A stretch of DNA of 63,478 bases, counting the filler, from Basidioascus undulatus (Eukaryota), in assembly GCA_000826855.1 (NCBI GenBank). It is 13 parts of 13 records of this genome, joined end to end, with 100 filler letters (N's around TTAATTAATTAA, not from the genome) between each part and the next. Parts side by side here need not be neighbours in the genome. Positions count along the whole stretch, not along the records: positions 24,520 to 29,322 come from JTLS01002066.1; positions 29,423 to 34,192 come from JTLS01002067.1; positions 34,293 to 39,085 come from JTLS01002068.1; 10 more parts are not named here. The stretch is one strand, 5' to 3'. Shown here piece after piece: positions 24,542 to 37,930 of this stretch. Within the stretch, counting starts at the first letter, position 1, and every line of letters begins with the position of its first letter. Below the pieces are notes generated by a model, which was given only the letters and a program-made list of their open reading frames with translations, was not told the DNA's origin and made no database searches. Both the position numbers and the translations under genes were made by a program.

Positions 24542-25647
24542 TCATTTTGGGTGGTTTTTGGTGCCTAAAGAGAGTGTGGTGTTCGAAAGGAATGCGTGTA
24601 CGAAAGAGTGTGTTAGTGAAGGAGTGGATAGTTGAGTAGGAGGGATAGGGGATGGGGAGGCGATTCGCTGCCGCGCGTTGTGCAGGTGCTCGAAGGAGGG
24701 CGTGTGGTGCCGTCCGTCGGCGCTCTGACGGTTTAGGCGCTCGGCGGACGACATCGGCGTGCCGTGCGCTGTGTGGGTGGGCGTGAAGGGCGCGGCGTTG
24801 TTGTAAGGGTGGGGGATCGGGGTAGAGCAGGTGCTGAACGAGCTGTCGTGCCCGTCCTCTGGCGGGGGTGTGGGCGGCGTGGACGGCGTGGACGCGCGCG
24901 GCGAGCCTGCGGGCGTGGGTTCTTCTGAGGGGATGGCGGAGAGGGGTAGGGGAGAGGGCGAGCGCAGTCGGAGGACGTGATGGGGTCGGGGTGAGGCAGT
25001 GGGGGTAGCGGTGTAGGCGGGGCTGGGCTCCGCAGGCGTCCGCTCAGCGGGGCGGTATAGATCCCGCCCGCGAGGCTCGTGAGCCGGCGCCCCTCCCTCC
25101 TCCTCATCGTCCCCGTCTGACACCGCTTCCTCCCATCCCGCCTCCCAGTACGGCCGCACGGCCTGCCCGACGGAGGCGGCGCGCCGGTCGGCGGAGTCCA
25201 AGTCCTTCGCCGAGAAGAAGGTGATGGACTTGTTGATGAGCTCCTGCTCCTCGTGCACTTGCGTGCGGCGGGGACCGATGCCTTCCAAACAGACCGCTCA
25301 GATTCCAACATTTCAAGCGAAGTCAAGGAAGAAAGCAGACGCACCTTCAGGCCATTCCGTGCGGGCGACACCGACGAGCTCGCAGACTGCGTCCTCCTCC
25401 CCCTTCCTGAGCCGTCCATCTCCCAGCTGCACCCATGCAAGGATTTCTACCCACCGATGCTCTTAATTTTGCTGGGCTTCCCCAGCTTGAGGGTCATTAG
25501 CCCCCTAAGCATCGCGGGCGGGCTGCTCTCATCCGGGTTGTCCGTCAGGCGCCTGCGGTTGCCGCGCTCGGGCGGCGTATTGTTGCGGAGAAAGACGACG
25601 GGTTCAGTGAACCTGAGCTGGAGAGACGTCGACGGCGCCTTAAGCAT
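24542..25647 (-). CDS. alpha-arrestin (Aly/ART-like), N-terminal part only
   Basis: SLQLRFTEPVVFLR...PAMLRGLMTLKLGKPSKIKSI|VCELVGVARTEWPE|GIGPRRTQVHEEQELINKSITFFSA. Confidence 0.8.
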
Positions 25648-26430
25648 GATGGGCTGTCATCAATCAAGAACAAGGAGGTCCATGAGCCCGATCCAGAAGC
25701 AACGCGAGGCCCATGCTACCTGCCTGTTATCGCTGAAGGGAAGATAAGCGCTGCCTGGCGATGGCGGCTGCGGGGCTGGCAAGGAATGGGAGAGGCCAAG
25801 GCGGGGGACGACCACGCTGTGCACGCCCAGCGCGACGTCGGTGGCAACGGTGAGCACGGATGGTTCAACGGCGAGCAGGGAGACGCAGATAGGCAGGGCA
25901 GGGAGGTCAGGTCCAAGCTCGCGTCAGATTCGAACGGCAGTCGCGCGCGGCTCTCTCGGCGGCAAAGGGGCGAGATCTCAGGTGCGGAAGTACTGTAGCA
26001 GGGAAATATTAGTAGGGTTCGACCACTCAGATTCCTGTTCGCTATCTCAAGACAACAAACCGATATCTTGGGTACAGAAACGACGTATGACTGTCACGCT
26101 GGTAGTCTCTTTGCGAGATCTTCAAGACTAAATTGATGCTGTTTACCCAGCGGACACTCTTGGTTTTTCCAGGGCGATCTTAAATGCTCAGAGAATGTTA
26201 AAGTGCCAGGGGGGAAGATCGATGAAGCTGGCCAGAAACGCTTGCTCTCCAGCTATTATGCTCTGCGGACCTCGGGCTGGGGCGGGGCATAAATTGTAGA
26301 GTTTGAGGGCGCACTATGAACGGACAGGGCGACACTACTTCTGAATCTGTGGTCGGAGCCAGTACAGAGGTTGCGAATCAGATGAAGACATAGTTAAATT
26401 TTCTAGTTCTTGCTATATAAATAACAACAG

Positions 26431-26523
26431 GACCAGATGGCCGAGTGGTTAAGGCGACAGACTAGAATGCGTTCTATTATCTGTTGGGCTCCGCCCGCGT
26501 AGGTTCAAATCCTGCTCTGGTCG
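26431..26523 (+). tRNA. tRNA-Ser: tRNA-Ser(AGA) with 11-nt intron (26468-26478)
   Basis: Acceptor GACCAGA/TCTGGTC-G; anticodon arm ACAGA-CTAGAA[TGCGTTCTATT]A-TCTGT; long variable arm; T6 terminator. Confidence 0.96.
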
Positions 26524-28745
26524 TATTTTTCGCCCGCCTCCCGTTTTGCCCAGCCCGGCCCGAGATGAGGGGGCCACTGCCAGATTGATTTGCACGTTGC
26601 TGACCTCGAATCAGGGGGTCCTCAGTGGGAGTTGGGAGGTGGTGTACCTGACCGCCAATGCACTTTCACACACTTCAAAACCGAAGGTAATTTCTGCCCC
26701 AATCTTTTCATATGGAACACGTGCGTCGCCGCGCTGGAAGTGCGTGGCCAGCTGTAATTGAATAGTTTGCCAAACTGTACCCGAGCGTGTCGGATCTCAA
26801 GTTGGAAGACTGGAAGCTTGTTGACCATGTGCATCCTTAATGTGGCAGTCACACATCTCCGTTTGCATATTCCTGCTTGTGATGGAGTTTGTAGTTCTCC
26901 GTCTTTGCTTCTTAGCCAACTCTCGGCAGCTTTCCGCCACATGTCGGTTTCCTGTGAGTGATGGGAATGCAACAACACTGACAATGGTACGGAAAGAACA
27001 ATACCTTGCGCTTGCGTTGAAGAGTCGTCATACTCTGTCTCACCTCCTCTCATTTCTCATATCACCAAGAATGTTCCCCAGAGTACAGCACGCTCAACCC
27101 TTTTCTTTCCACAACTGTTGACGGGCCTGCGCGGTGATCGGATCACATGTCACTTCCTGAACATGTCTTCCCAGCGCCTGTCGATCTATCCGCCTTCAGA
27201 GGTGTTTCCGGCAACTCAGCCGTGTAGCGGCTTTTCTTCACCTTGCTGGGCATCTCCTGCCCCTTCGATGTGTCCTCGGTGACATACAACCCTTCCTCCC
27301 CAAAATACCATTGAGTGCAGGTCATCTTCAGGTACTTTCTCGTGTACATGTAATAATGCGCAGCGATCAACGGTCGCCCCACTCATGTGCAACCACTACT
27401 GTCCGGCACGGCGCGGTGCGCTCTGGAGACATAATTTCCTTTCCTCCGCGCTTCACCTGCCTAAAAATGTGTCGGTCTTCGAAATGAAGGCGTTGTATTT
27501 GGGCCTGGAGTGATCACGGGTTTGCAGGGCGTCGCATAAAGTGGCTGAAGCGAAGCTATGTGTGTGCTCGCGACTGCCAATGTGCGGCTTCACTTTGTTG
27601 TTGTCGACAACGGCAGGGTCGGCGCATCGCTTAGGACGAGCAGGAGCCGCAGGTGAGAGACCTAGGTCGACGATGCCGCCAGGGCGCAACGCATAAGGGA
27701 TGAAAAACAACTACGAGTACATAGTGAGCGTGCCAGTGCACTGCCCAGGACCAATAACCCAGCCTCGGTTTGGCCGCGCTCTAACACTCAAGTCCCCCGT
27801 ACCAAATGAGCACTCTACAGGAGGAGACGGTACCGACGGCAAAGGTGTCTCGGGATTATAAAAAAGGTATAAGATGGTACAAGCTGGGCCGACGGCAGGG
27901 CTACCAGTAGGACGGAAGGTCCAGCCAACGCATTCTGGTGTAGCGGTGCACTGCGCACAGCACTCGGCCGCCGTCGTAGCCGGAAGGGAAGGGTGGCGAT
28001 GCCATCAGCGATTCCATTGGTGGAAGCAGAGGCAATGTTGCCGTCGATCATGAAGTTGGCTTCGGTCGCAGATGTCCTGAGTGGCGACGGGACAGATCAG
28101 TCCTCGTAAGATCCCCCTGTTACTGGTCCGTCTGGTCGACGACACACCTTCTCTTTGCCGTCGTGTTCGTCCCCAATCTTGCCCAGTACCTTCTTCACAA
28201 CACCTAAAACCTCTTCAGACGACGCTGTGAGCGCGTCGTTGACGCGTTTCGTCATTCAACGCGTATCTGACAGCTGACGTGCACTTTGTCTCCCTCCGGC
28301 TAATCACGCGTGCCCGCCTTACCGCGCCCCTGCGCGCCTCTTCGTGCCTGCCCGTCCCTTCTTTCCTTCGTCCTCCCCATCCCGCCCCTCCTTCTCGTCG
28401 TCTCCCACAGCGCTGCCGTTCTCCTCTCCACATACCCTAGGCGGGACACCGTCAAAGACAGCGAAGCACCGAGCCGAGACAGCCCTGCGCGCACTCTCGA
28501 TTCGGTCTCTTTGTGCGCACTCGCCCCTCGCCCTTACCCTCGAGCACTATCACATCGTCTCAGCACTCAGGTCTGTCACTCCCTCCCTCGCCCACGCAGC
28601 ACCCCACATCGCTCTTCGTTCAACCGACCGACGGCTCATTTCTGCGCACCGACTCCTCGTACCAGATTGTTCCACCTATCTACTGTAGCCAGCACAGGCA
28701 AAGCCGCCGTCGATGACCTCGGTAGCAGGGCTCCTGACGACCCAC

Positions 28746-29322
28746 ATGCTGTCCTCCAAGCCGTCCCTCATCCCGCCCTCCTCTTCGTCCAAAAAGACCC
28801 GCACGGGCACTCCTCACCGCAGGAGCCAGCACTCGGTCATGCTCAGCCCGGCGGGAGGCGTCTTTGGGGGAGAGGGGAACCTGTGAGTCGCCGTCCTCTG
28901 CTCCGGGGCGTCGTACGAGGGAGCCAGGGAGGTTGCTTGGGGAGTCGTATGGAGGGACTTTATTCGTCGATGAGAATACCCCGCTCGTTATCGAGCATGT
29001 GCGCGCCGCTGCTGCTGCCTTCCTGCACGCCTGCCCTGCGCTGCCAGCCAGCCACGCGCGCACGCTAGCCCGCTGGCCGCTGCCGCTCCTGCAGCGCATC
29101 GGTCTCATGCTCCATCTCCACTCCACTGCACTCAATCCAATCCAATTCAATTCCTGTCCATCTCGATCTCCCAACTGTAACCTATTATGCTGACAACCGC
29201 AACCCAATTACCCCTCGCAGCCCCTCCTCATCTCCACCCCACCGCCCCGGCTCGACCGCGCCGCTCACGCCCCCCGCGTCCTCCGCCGGCGGGGGCACGG
29301 GCGAGCCGCCGACGACGGAGCG
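28746..29322 (+). CDS. hypothetical Ser/Pro-rich protein, 5' part
   Basis: MLSSKPSLIPPSSSSKKTRTGTPHRRSQHSVMLSPAGGVFGGEGNL, GTGAGT donor, CTGAC...CGCAG acceptor near 29220, then a GC-rich exon up to the linker. Confidence 0.4.
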
Positions 29323-29422
29323 NNNNNNNNNNNNNNNNNNNNNNNNNNNNNNNNNNNNNNNNNNNNTTAATTAATTAANNNNNNNNNNNNNNNNNNNNNN
29401 NNNNNNNNNNNNNNNNNNNNNN

Positions 29423-30149
29423 GGGGGGGGGGTGGTGGTGGGGGAGGTGGGGGAGGAGGAGGTGGTGGTGGTGGTGGAGAGCTTGGCGATGTTGACGACG
29501 AGGTGGATAGTCGAGCCGTCGGGGATGTCGTAGTCCTTTACGAGCTTGGCGTCACTCAGGGCCTTGCCCTTGAGGACGAGGCGCTGTGCTTCCGGCGGGG
29601 GAGCGGCGGCGTGCGTGGAGGCGAGCGCACGCTTGACGTCCGCTATCGACGACGTGGGCGGGATGGAGAGCGGGAAGGACGAGGCGCCTTTGAGCGTCTT
29701 GATCGTCACGCGGATCTCTGGGCGGGAGAAGAGAGGGAGGCTGAGTGTTTGATGAAGATGGGAGGAGAGCGTGGCTGGCGGGATGGGATGGCAAGACCCA
29801 CCGGACGAGGCGGCTGCGGGCGTCTGGGACGTGCTCGCCTTCGGAGTCGGAGCGAGCGGGATCTGTGGGTGGTGTCATGCCCACTCCTCCCTCGTCAGTC
29901 CCGTGTTCCTCCTACAACCTCTCCCCCCTCTCCACGCCATCCGAAACCCCCACCCGGCTCCCCAGAGTGCTGCTGGCAAAGCGCACGGACCTGTACGACG
30001 GGGGCCCTCCTCCTGCGTTCCTCGGGCGGGGGCGCGTACTGGGGGTCGATGCGGACGGGGTGCTGGGCGAGCTGGCGCGCGAGGCGGGTCACAAAGTCGA
30101 GCTCGGAGGAGAGCGCGGGGCCGGAGAGGAAGGTGGAAGTGGAAGACAT
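29423..30149 (-). CDS. GET5: Get5/Mdy2(UBL4A)-like ubiquitin-like protein, 5' part
   Basis: SELDFVTRLARQLAQHPVRIDPQY (Get4-binding-like N-terminus) plus UBL domain IRVTIKTLK...SIADVKRAL...QRLVLKGKALSDAKLVKDYDIPDGSTIHLVV. Confidence 0.8.
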
Positions 30150-31771
30150 AGTGGCGATCAGAGGTTGGCAGGCAAATGGAGGGGGCACAAGCACGGCGAG
30201 GGCCAAGCGGACACCGGGAACGATTCCCACGCCCCCCCAGTTCAGAGCGAAATGCCGCCCCGCTTTTACGCACGCACACTATCGAAGCTTCCATATTCTC
30301 AGCAGAAGGGCTGTGCAAACGTAGAAGGACCGTAGGAATCCAAAGAAGGTCTGGCTGGAAACGCGAACGAGACTCCCGAGACGAGAATGCATCTGAGTGA
30401 GACGCAGTCGTTTCAGCAAGCGATTTTGTCTCCTGCGTTATCTTGATTGAGCTCATGGTCGCGTACAACTGTGCCTTAAATTTGGTGTACTTCTTGCTGG
30501 GGCTCACTTCTCACCGGGCGTTCAACCAACACGGCAACCCCGAAGCGAAATACTGCCCCACTCCTCCTTGGCTCGACCAGCCCAACGCACCTTATCTCGA
30601 GCCTCCGCTTAGGTACGATATGCCCATATGAACCCTATTCTCTTCCCTTTTAAAATGTTACTATATCCGGGTCGAGTTGGAGCACCCCACACTAGGCGCC
30701 GTTCGTTCCCCCAGACTTCCCGTCGGCTCTGCGCCTTTGCTATTCGTGGTCTGCTCCTCATTCTCATCAGGTATTACATAATTAATAGCAAGACCTTTCA
30801 CGCTTTCAGTGCAGCTGGCTGACTTGCGCAGGCCTCACGCATGTGCAAGGCCTCCGGCTCTCCATTTCATGTATGCTGTTGTGAAGCTTCTGCCAAAAGA
30901 GAGCTATTAAAGCTATCAAATAGCGACGTCACCGGGAGCGACCGCCACTGCAGCTGCAGATTCAGTGCCAGAGGGGAACCACCTCCCCATCTCCTTTCTT
31001 TCCTTCTCAACCTCCATCACTTCATCACATTCTCATAATTCACATAAAAATATGTCTCACATTCCCAAGTCTTTTCTCGCTTTGTAAGTGCCCGATCTAT
31101 AATAATGCAGTTCAGTGCCGCTTGACCTGAACCAAGCGACGCAGTGTCTTCTCTCTTCAGCCGCTTTCGACTCGACGGACTCGATCTGCCGCACGAGGCG
31201 CCTGTGCCTCCTATGCAAATCACTTGGATGTTCATGAATGTTCAAGGATTTCTTGAGTATTTTGACGGGTTGCGTAATAGTCGGAGTCGAGCGCGTCCAG
31301 GCCATCCACTACGACGACTGACTGTCGAGCTACGTCCTTCCTCGTGCGTCTCCTACTCCTTTTCAACCATCCCAACCCCGTTGAATGCCTCCCCGCCTAT
31401 ACAGAGGTCGAGGGCACCTTCACGGGCACCAACACCCCGGCAAGCCACTGAGCCAATCTTCCTCGAGACCGGGGAAGCGAAGACATTGATGCATTCAAAC
31501 GAAGAGCAAGTTCGATGCAAAAAAGGCACAATGCGAACGATCATGTATGCGGTCGAAAAGAGTAAGGGAAATGCGATACGAAGTGCCGGTGCGTAGTGCG
31601 AGGGGTAACTGTAAATGACCATGGTTCATATTTGATTGTAGTGTGTCAAGAAGAGATGAGAGGAGACGAAATGTGAGGAATGCCGTCTAAGTGTGTAACG
31701 GAGCGTTCCTTGAGCCTCGCCAGCCAAACTGCGCCCCTAGGAGAAGGCAGGACGTACGCTCCCTCCCCCTC

Positions 31772-33930
31772 TCACTGCATCCCATTCCGCAAATTGTCAA
31801 ACTACCCCTCGCCAGTCAGCACCTCTTCTGCGCGAAAATACCCGAAGAGAGGCGGAGGACGGACCTTGCTCCCCGGAAAGCTCAGATGGTTCTCAAGCGC
31901 ATCGAGGTCGCCCAAGCTGCGCGCGACGGCGGGGACGATCGCTTCGGGGTCGGCGGGGTCGCGGTCGCCGGAGAGCTCCCAGTACATGCAGCCGCTGCGG
32001 TCACGCTTCTGAGTCAGGACCTTATCCCGGGCGTAGAGAAGAGGGAGAAGAGAGGGAGAGGAAAGGAGAGATGGTGGGAGGAGAGAGGAGGGGGGAGGAG
32101 GCAGGAGGGGAGATGGGAGGAGGAGGAATGGGAGCAGAAGCAAGGCACGCACCCCAGCCCCTCCGCTTTCACCCACTCCGCCTTCTGCACCGCAATATCG
32201 ACCGTATCGTACGTGACCATCTCGCCATTTGCCGGGTTATAGCAGTAGCTGGCGATCCTGTCCCAACTGCTCCCGCGCCCAAAGAATCGGTACCACCTTC
32301 GCTTTCCAGAACCAGGAAGCTTGGCGTACTCGTGCCGGACCTCGCTACCGGGGAGGGGCAGGGCCTTGTAGTCCCAGCTGCCCGCCTCCCAGCTGCCTTG
32401 CCCCACGCCGGAATACGGCTGGCCCGGGCCGGCAGTGTTGAGGAAGGAGCGGCCGTAGAGGGGGATCCCCTGCGGGGGAGGAGTGTGAGCTTTCGGAGAG
32501 AGAAGGGAGAGGGGAAGGAGAGCGGGAGGAGGACGGACGATGACGAGCTTGGACGGGTCGATGCCTTGCGACTTGTACCAGATGACAGCCTCTGCTCGGC
32601 GCGCAAATTTCACTCCCGTCAACAGCCATCCCACATGCCCATCCGGATAGAAGGACAACGCACTCTCCGTCGAGATCTCCCCCCCGCGCAAATTGGCCTG
32701 GTGCCCGCTCACGCTGTCCCAGCTGCCGGCGTAGTCGTACGCCTGTCATCCCACCCCACAACCCCATTAGCTATCTTTCTTTTGAAGGAGGAAGTGAGGA
32801 AGGGGGGCTGGCGCGCACCATCAAGTTCCAGAAACTCAAATAGCGGTCCATCTCCCGCGCCTTGAGCTGGACGTAGGTCGAGGGGCCGCAGGGGGCGGCG
32901 ATCTGGTCCCACCCAACCAGCGTATTCAGCGCTCAAGAACAAAGGGGGAGAGGGAGTAGAGGGAGAGTAGAGGAAGAGGGTAGGGGCGTACGGTCAACTC
33001 ATAAGGTTTCGACTCGCCCTTGAACGCGGCGTGCGCATCCAGCGCCTCGCGCAGCTCGCGGAGGAGCTCGACGTAGCCCCTGGACCATGCCGCCTCTTGT
33101 CAGCCACCAGCCACCACCAACACACAAAAAGAACACAAGCCCCAGAGACGCACCAAGCAGTCTCCTCGTCCCTCGGATACTCATAGTCCACGTCCAGCCC
33201 GTCCAGCCCGTAGTTCTCGAGCAGCTCCACCGCGGTCTTGGCGAACGTCTTGCGCTTGTGGGGCGAGACGACGACGTCGTGGAACTTGGGCGAGTAGGTC
33301 CAGCCGCCGATGGAGAGGAGGAGCTTGAGGCTGTTCGAGGGAGTGTGTGAGTGATTCAGTGAGGGAGAGGGAGAGGGAGAGGGAGAGGAAGAGGGAGAGG
33401 AAGAGGGAGAGGAAGAGGGAAGAGGAACGAAGACGGACTGCCGGTTCTTCTGTCGAAGAAGGTACAGCTGCTTGAAGCAGCCGTAGAGGTTCGTTCCGAC
33501 GTCGTTCCACTGTCGCGAAGTAACATTATCTTGCTCAGCAAAAGCAAAAAAGGCAGAGGGAGTGGAGAAGGAAAGGGAGAGAGAAACGACTCACGGAGTC
33601 CCCCTCCCAATGGATCTGCTCGTCTGCCCACGCGTCCGAGAGGACGACCTCGCCGGTGTCCGGGCTGACGTCTGCGAACGCGTACAGTAGATGACTATCC
33701 ATCCATCCATCCATCCCCATCCATCTCACCTTCAGTATCAAAATCGCTCTTCTAAACAGGGGAGGGGACGCACGAGAGCGAGGTCGAGGGGATCTGCCAC
33801 GGGAAGAACTTGCGGCCGTAGATGCCCCAGTTCACGAAGCTGTGTTGACGGTGTGAGGTGAGGAAGAGACGGGAGGAGGGAAGGAAGCGAGAAGGACGGA
33901 CTAGCCGACGTTACGCTTTCCGGCGGACAT
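31772..33930 (-). CDS. GH18 chitinase (subgroup A type, no signal peptide), many exons
   Basis: [29 protein letters not shown], catalytic [12 protein letters not shown] (DxxDxDxE intact), [37 protein letters not shown]. Confidence 0.95.
33361..33426. repeat. (GAGGGA/GAGGAA)n microsatellite in a chitinase intron
   Basis: About 11 hexamer units read directly. Confidence 0.9.
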
Positions 33931-35244
33931 GGTTAGTTGTGTGGGTGTGGTGGTGGTCGGGTGAGGGGTGGTGCTCGTGGTGTTGCCTCCAAGCTCGATC
34001 TTATCCTCAGGCGTGTCCGCTTTGCTCAGCCCAACCTGTTCGTGGCGTCCGTACTCCCTCCCAAGTTGGAAGGTAATAGCAAGCAGAAACGCAGCAACGA
34101 CGAGTGCGGTGAGGGTCGGCCAGCGGCGGTAGAACGGCTGCCTGGCGGGGGTGGGCGGTGTGGAAGGGGGGTAGGGCGAGGGCGAGGGAGTGNNNNNNNN
34201 NNNNNNNNNNNNNNNNNNNNNNNNNNNNNNNNNNNNTTAATTAATTAANNNNNNNNNNNNNNNNNNNNNNNNNNNNNNNNNNNNNNNNNNNNATCTATGC
34301 ATGGGGAATTGAATGGGAGGCCTGCGAGTCTTGGAAGGGGAGGGAGAGGAAAGAAGAGAAGGTAAGCGTGGTGGAAGCGTGGGTGACGTCGCGAAACGCA
34401 GCGGGTGCAGTGTGTAAGTGTTGAAGTGACCGTGAAGCAACATTGTCTGAAAATTCCATTATCTTTTACACGTTGATAAAGTGTTGAAGATGTCCGGTAA
34501 AGGTGAGCCAGCCCTGAGGATATGGCTGTCGGCTCCTTGTCTGTCGCTGTACTTTGTGTGCGCGCAGACCAAGTCCTGTGTAGTCTGATACGGTCCATGG
34601 TTCCTTGGTGTGCCTTCCAATTTAGGTCCTTTATTTTCTATATGGCAAGAGTCGAAGCTAGCTTCGCGACGCCCACTGTTGTATGCGTTGCAACTTAGGC
34701 ACGCACTGCTTTCACCTCGCTTGCGCCGCAGATGCGCTGACGAGTAACACTGCACAGGATGCACAAGATTCTTTTCACAATTCATTTCGTCTGTGGCCTT
34801 TGCTGGAACTGAGACCCGATTCGAATCCTCGATCATGTAACCTCAGCGTGCTGACGGGGTCGTCGCCTCATGCCCATGCTACTGGGCGGCAGCACCCTGG
34901 AATGGCTCGTTCTGATGATTGGAATTCCTTAGATCTTTCGTGTTAACTTGTCAAAGCTCAAATTTATTAGTTGCGTTGAGTGGGGAAAGGTGGGTGAGGA
35001 GAAAGAGAAGACGGCGAAGGGCGTCGGCAATAGGCGCCATGTGAAATGTATTCTCGGTTGATGGCTGGTCGGCGATGAGCTGCGCGGTTCGATTTTGCAG
35101 GTGCGCGCGGACTTGGCCACCTTTCGTCGTTCCGGCAGCCCTCTTCGTGCGTATTGCTGCCCGTCGCGCTCTCCATCCTCTCCATATTTCCACAACTCTG
35201 ACAGGGAATCTGTGGGGTGCAGTCCGTTCGCCCTCAAGGAAATC

Positions 35245-36130
35245 ATGTCGGTTCAGACGTTCGGCAAGAAGAAGGTGCGTGCAAGCGAGCTGGGAAGGAA
35301 GGGGAGAAGGACGCTGACTTCCTCGTTCCCCAATCTTCCCCCCTCCCTCCTCCCATATTCTCCCCAAATTCACCCTGAAATTCACTCTCGATCGACACCA
35401 ATATCGAATCCTACGCGCCCCCATCACTCTCCCTCGAACCGGCCTCCTCGACCCGCGACCCGCTCGTCCGACCTTGCTCTCCCCCTTCGCCCTCCTCCCC
35501 CCGCCGCCCCACACACCTAACAGACCGCCACGGCCGTCGCGCACTGCGTCCCCGGCCGGGGCCTGATCCGCGTGAACGGCTCGCCCATTCAGCTTGTCGA
35601 GCCGTCCACCCTGCGGTACAAGGTGTACGAGCCCGTCCTCGTCCTCGGCGAGGCCAAGTTCGCGCCCGTCGACATCCGCGTGCGCGTCTCGGGCGGTGGC
35701 CACACCTCGCAGGTGTACGCCATCCGCCAGGCCATCGCCAAGGCCATCGTCGCCTTCTACGCCAAGAACTTCGACGCCGCCTCGGCCCTCGAGCTCAAGA
35801 AGACGCTCGTCGCGTACGACCGCACCCTCCTCGTTGCCGACCCCCGCCGCTGCGAGCCGTGCGTCTGCGTCTTTCTTCTTGCGGCGGATGGCGAGAACCT
35901 TGGTGCTGACGGATGGGTTTCGTGGTTTACAGGAAGAAGTTCGGTGGTGTACGTCTGAGGCGTGGGCGTAGTCCTCACCATCCCGCTGACCTTCTTCCCC
36001 TCCTTCCCCTTCACTGCATCACAGCACGGTGCCCGTGCGCGTCGCCAGAGTCCGTACCTCCCTCTCCTTACCCACACCCCCAACCCCATGCTAACTCCTT
36101 CCCCCACCCCGCGCAGAGTCCTACCGTTAA
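35245..36130 (+). CDS. RPS16: 40S ribosomal protein S16 (uS9), 5 exons
   Basis: [18 protein letters not shown]...[25 protein letters not shown]...[32 protein letters not shown]. Confidence 0.98.
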
Positions 36131-37363
36131 ACGTTTGCGTGGCCCTCGCTGGCGTTTTTCCGGTTTTGCCTTCATTCATCCTTTTTCTCATGGCCCTCTG
36201 CTGCGACACGCATGTATCCACCTCGCCCCCATACGCTCTACGCCTATGTCGAACCGAACTCAGGGCCTAGGCTTGCGCGCGGATTGCGAAGCGTTCATCG
36301 CTCTGTCGTTCTCGGGATAACCCTCACCATTTCAGCGCGCTCCCTCACTTGCTTTGCATGCTCACATAGCCGGCTTTGAGCCGTTGAACTCACATTTGAT
36401 TCGCTTGACGCTCACCCCGCTCACTGGTCACTTGCCCGCTCGACGCATTCGCCGCACAGTCTCTCTTTGACCCTCGCTCCATCATCCTTTCGCACCTCGA
36501 CTACGATCGAGATTCACCATTCACCTCCATGCCGATGCAGACGGACGGATGCTGACTTGCCGCCGCCTCGCTGACTGACTGGAGGTTTCTCTTCATACGC
36601 TAGTCTCGTCTTACTCGGGAGCACGCACGCACGCTACCTTCCCGGCGGCGAGCGCGCTGAAGAAAATGGCGTGGACGCGCTGCTTTTCTAGGTGCACACG
36701 CTGCGGGCGACGCTTAAGGGCGCGGCGGAGTGTTTGGGTGTCTGCGAGGTAAAGGATCCGAAGTCGATGGCTAGATTTGTCAGTTCGTGTATCTTTGTCC
36801 TCGGCGTATCGTGAAAGACTGACGCGGTGGACTTGCGTATTACGCTTCACAGTGCGCTGTGGAGGTTGGGGAGGACCCGGAGGGTCTTAACCGGGGCGAA
36901 TAGTGTTACATTCGAGGAGGAACGGTTCGGCTCGTAGGTTTCATGAAATGCTTGCTTGCAGTGACCGGCGGGCAGCCTGGCTTCGAGATTTCACAGCCTT
37001 CTTCTGTTTCGCTTGAGACTCGCCTCGCTCACACTGCGTACTTGATGGGGAGGGTACTTGGGAAAGAACACCGTGCATGCACAGCTGCATGTGCTTTGGA
37101 GGAACTCCGAGTCGCTTGACGATTGAAGCAGAAGAAAGCAAAGGGGTGCCGTTTCCCTCTGTAAGGGTCAGGCAGTGTCAGACTCACCTACGGGACATCC
37201 CGTCTCCTAACCACTTGAGCATATCGTACAGGCTCACAGTAAACTTTCACAAAACATTAACTCCCACAGTCGACTGCACAAGACACTGCATCCGCTGCAC
37301 TTCGCCTCGCCTGCTCTGCCACCCTCCTCGACAATCTGCGATGCTTGCCCCTGATCAACCACC

Positions 37364-37930
37364 ATGTCCGGTGATGACCCTTGGCCGCCTTTCCTCACCG
37401 TCCCACTCTCGGACGCGGCGCTCAACCGCTTCCGCGCCAAGATTGCCTCACTCCCATTTGACTTCTTCACTCTCATGCCCTTCGACCCCGAGCTCGAAGG
37501 CGCCAGTCCGGCGGAAGTCTTCCGGGAAAGCCTTCGCCAGATTGGTCGACGTGGATGTGCCATCGCGGACCCCCGCACGCGGGCTGAGCTCGAGTCCGAC
37601 CTCTCAGAGCCTACAGTGATCTGCCTCGTTTGCGACCGACCTGCTAGTGAATCCTCTTCCCCACCGACGACCTCCCTTCCGTCCTCGACGACGCGGACTT
37701 CTGGCGGGCTAAAATGAAAGATGCTGCGTGGGCGGAAGGCGCGCCGTGGTTCTGGGATCCGGCCGAGGGCAGTGAGGAGAAGGGGTGATGCGGCAGGTGT
37801 ACTGGTTCCGCGCGACGCTGAAGAGCGAGGTGGACTGTCTATTGGCGTGCGGGGCGAAGGATCAGAAGTCGGTAATGCGCGTTGTACGTCCCTTTGGGAG
37901 TGGGCGGGCACAGCGCGCGAAGGCTGACAG
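37364..37930 (+). pseudogene. unknown-family gene, apparently frameshifted
   Basis: Protein-like segments (MSGDDPWPPFLTVPL...; DDADFWRAKMKDAAW...; MRQVYWFRATLKSEVDCL) follow each other in different frames without clear introns. Confidence 0.3.

Noticed and set aside
26600..28100. Broken ORFs downstream of tRNA-Ser; similar in 1770-3700, 38200-39085, 40000-41300, 61600-63478
   Set aside because: No recognisable transposase, RT, integrase or other motif, so they cannot be called without a search.
32267..32329. Apparent aromatic/basic insertion ([21 protein letters not shown]) in the chitinase
   Set aside because: It is a 63-nt stop-free GTACGC...GCAG intron; removing it restores EVRHDWDRIASY. 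Two neighbouring introns also read through in frame, unremarkable at this GC content.
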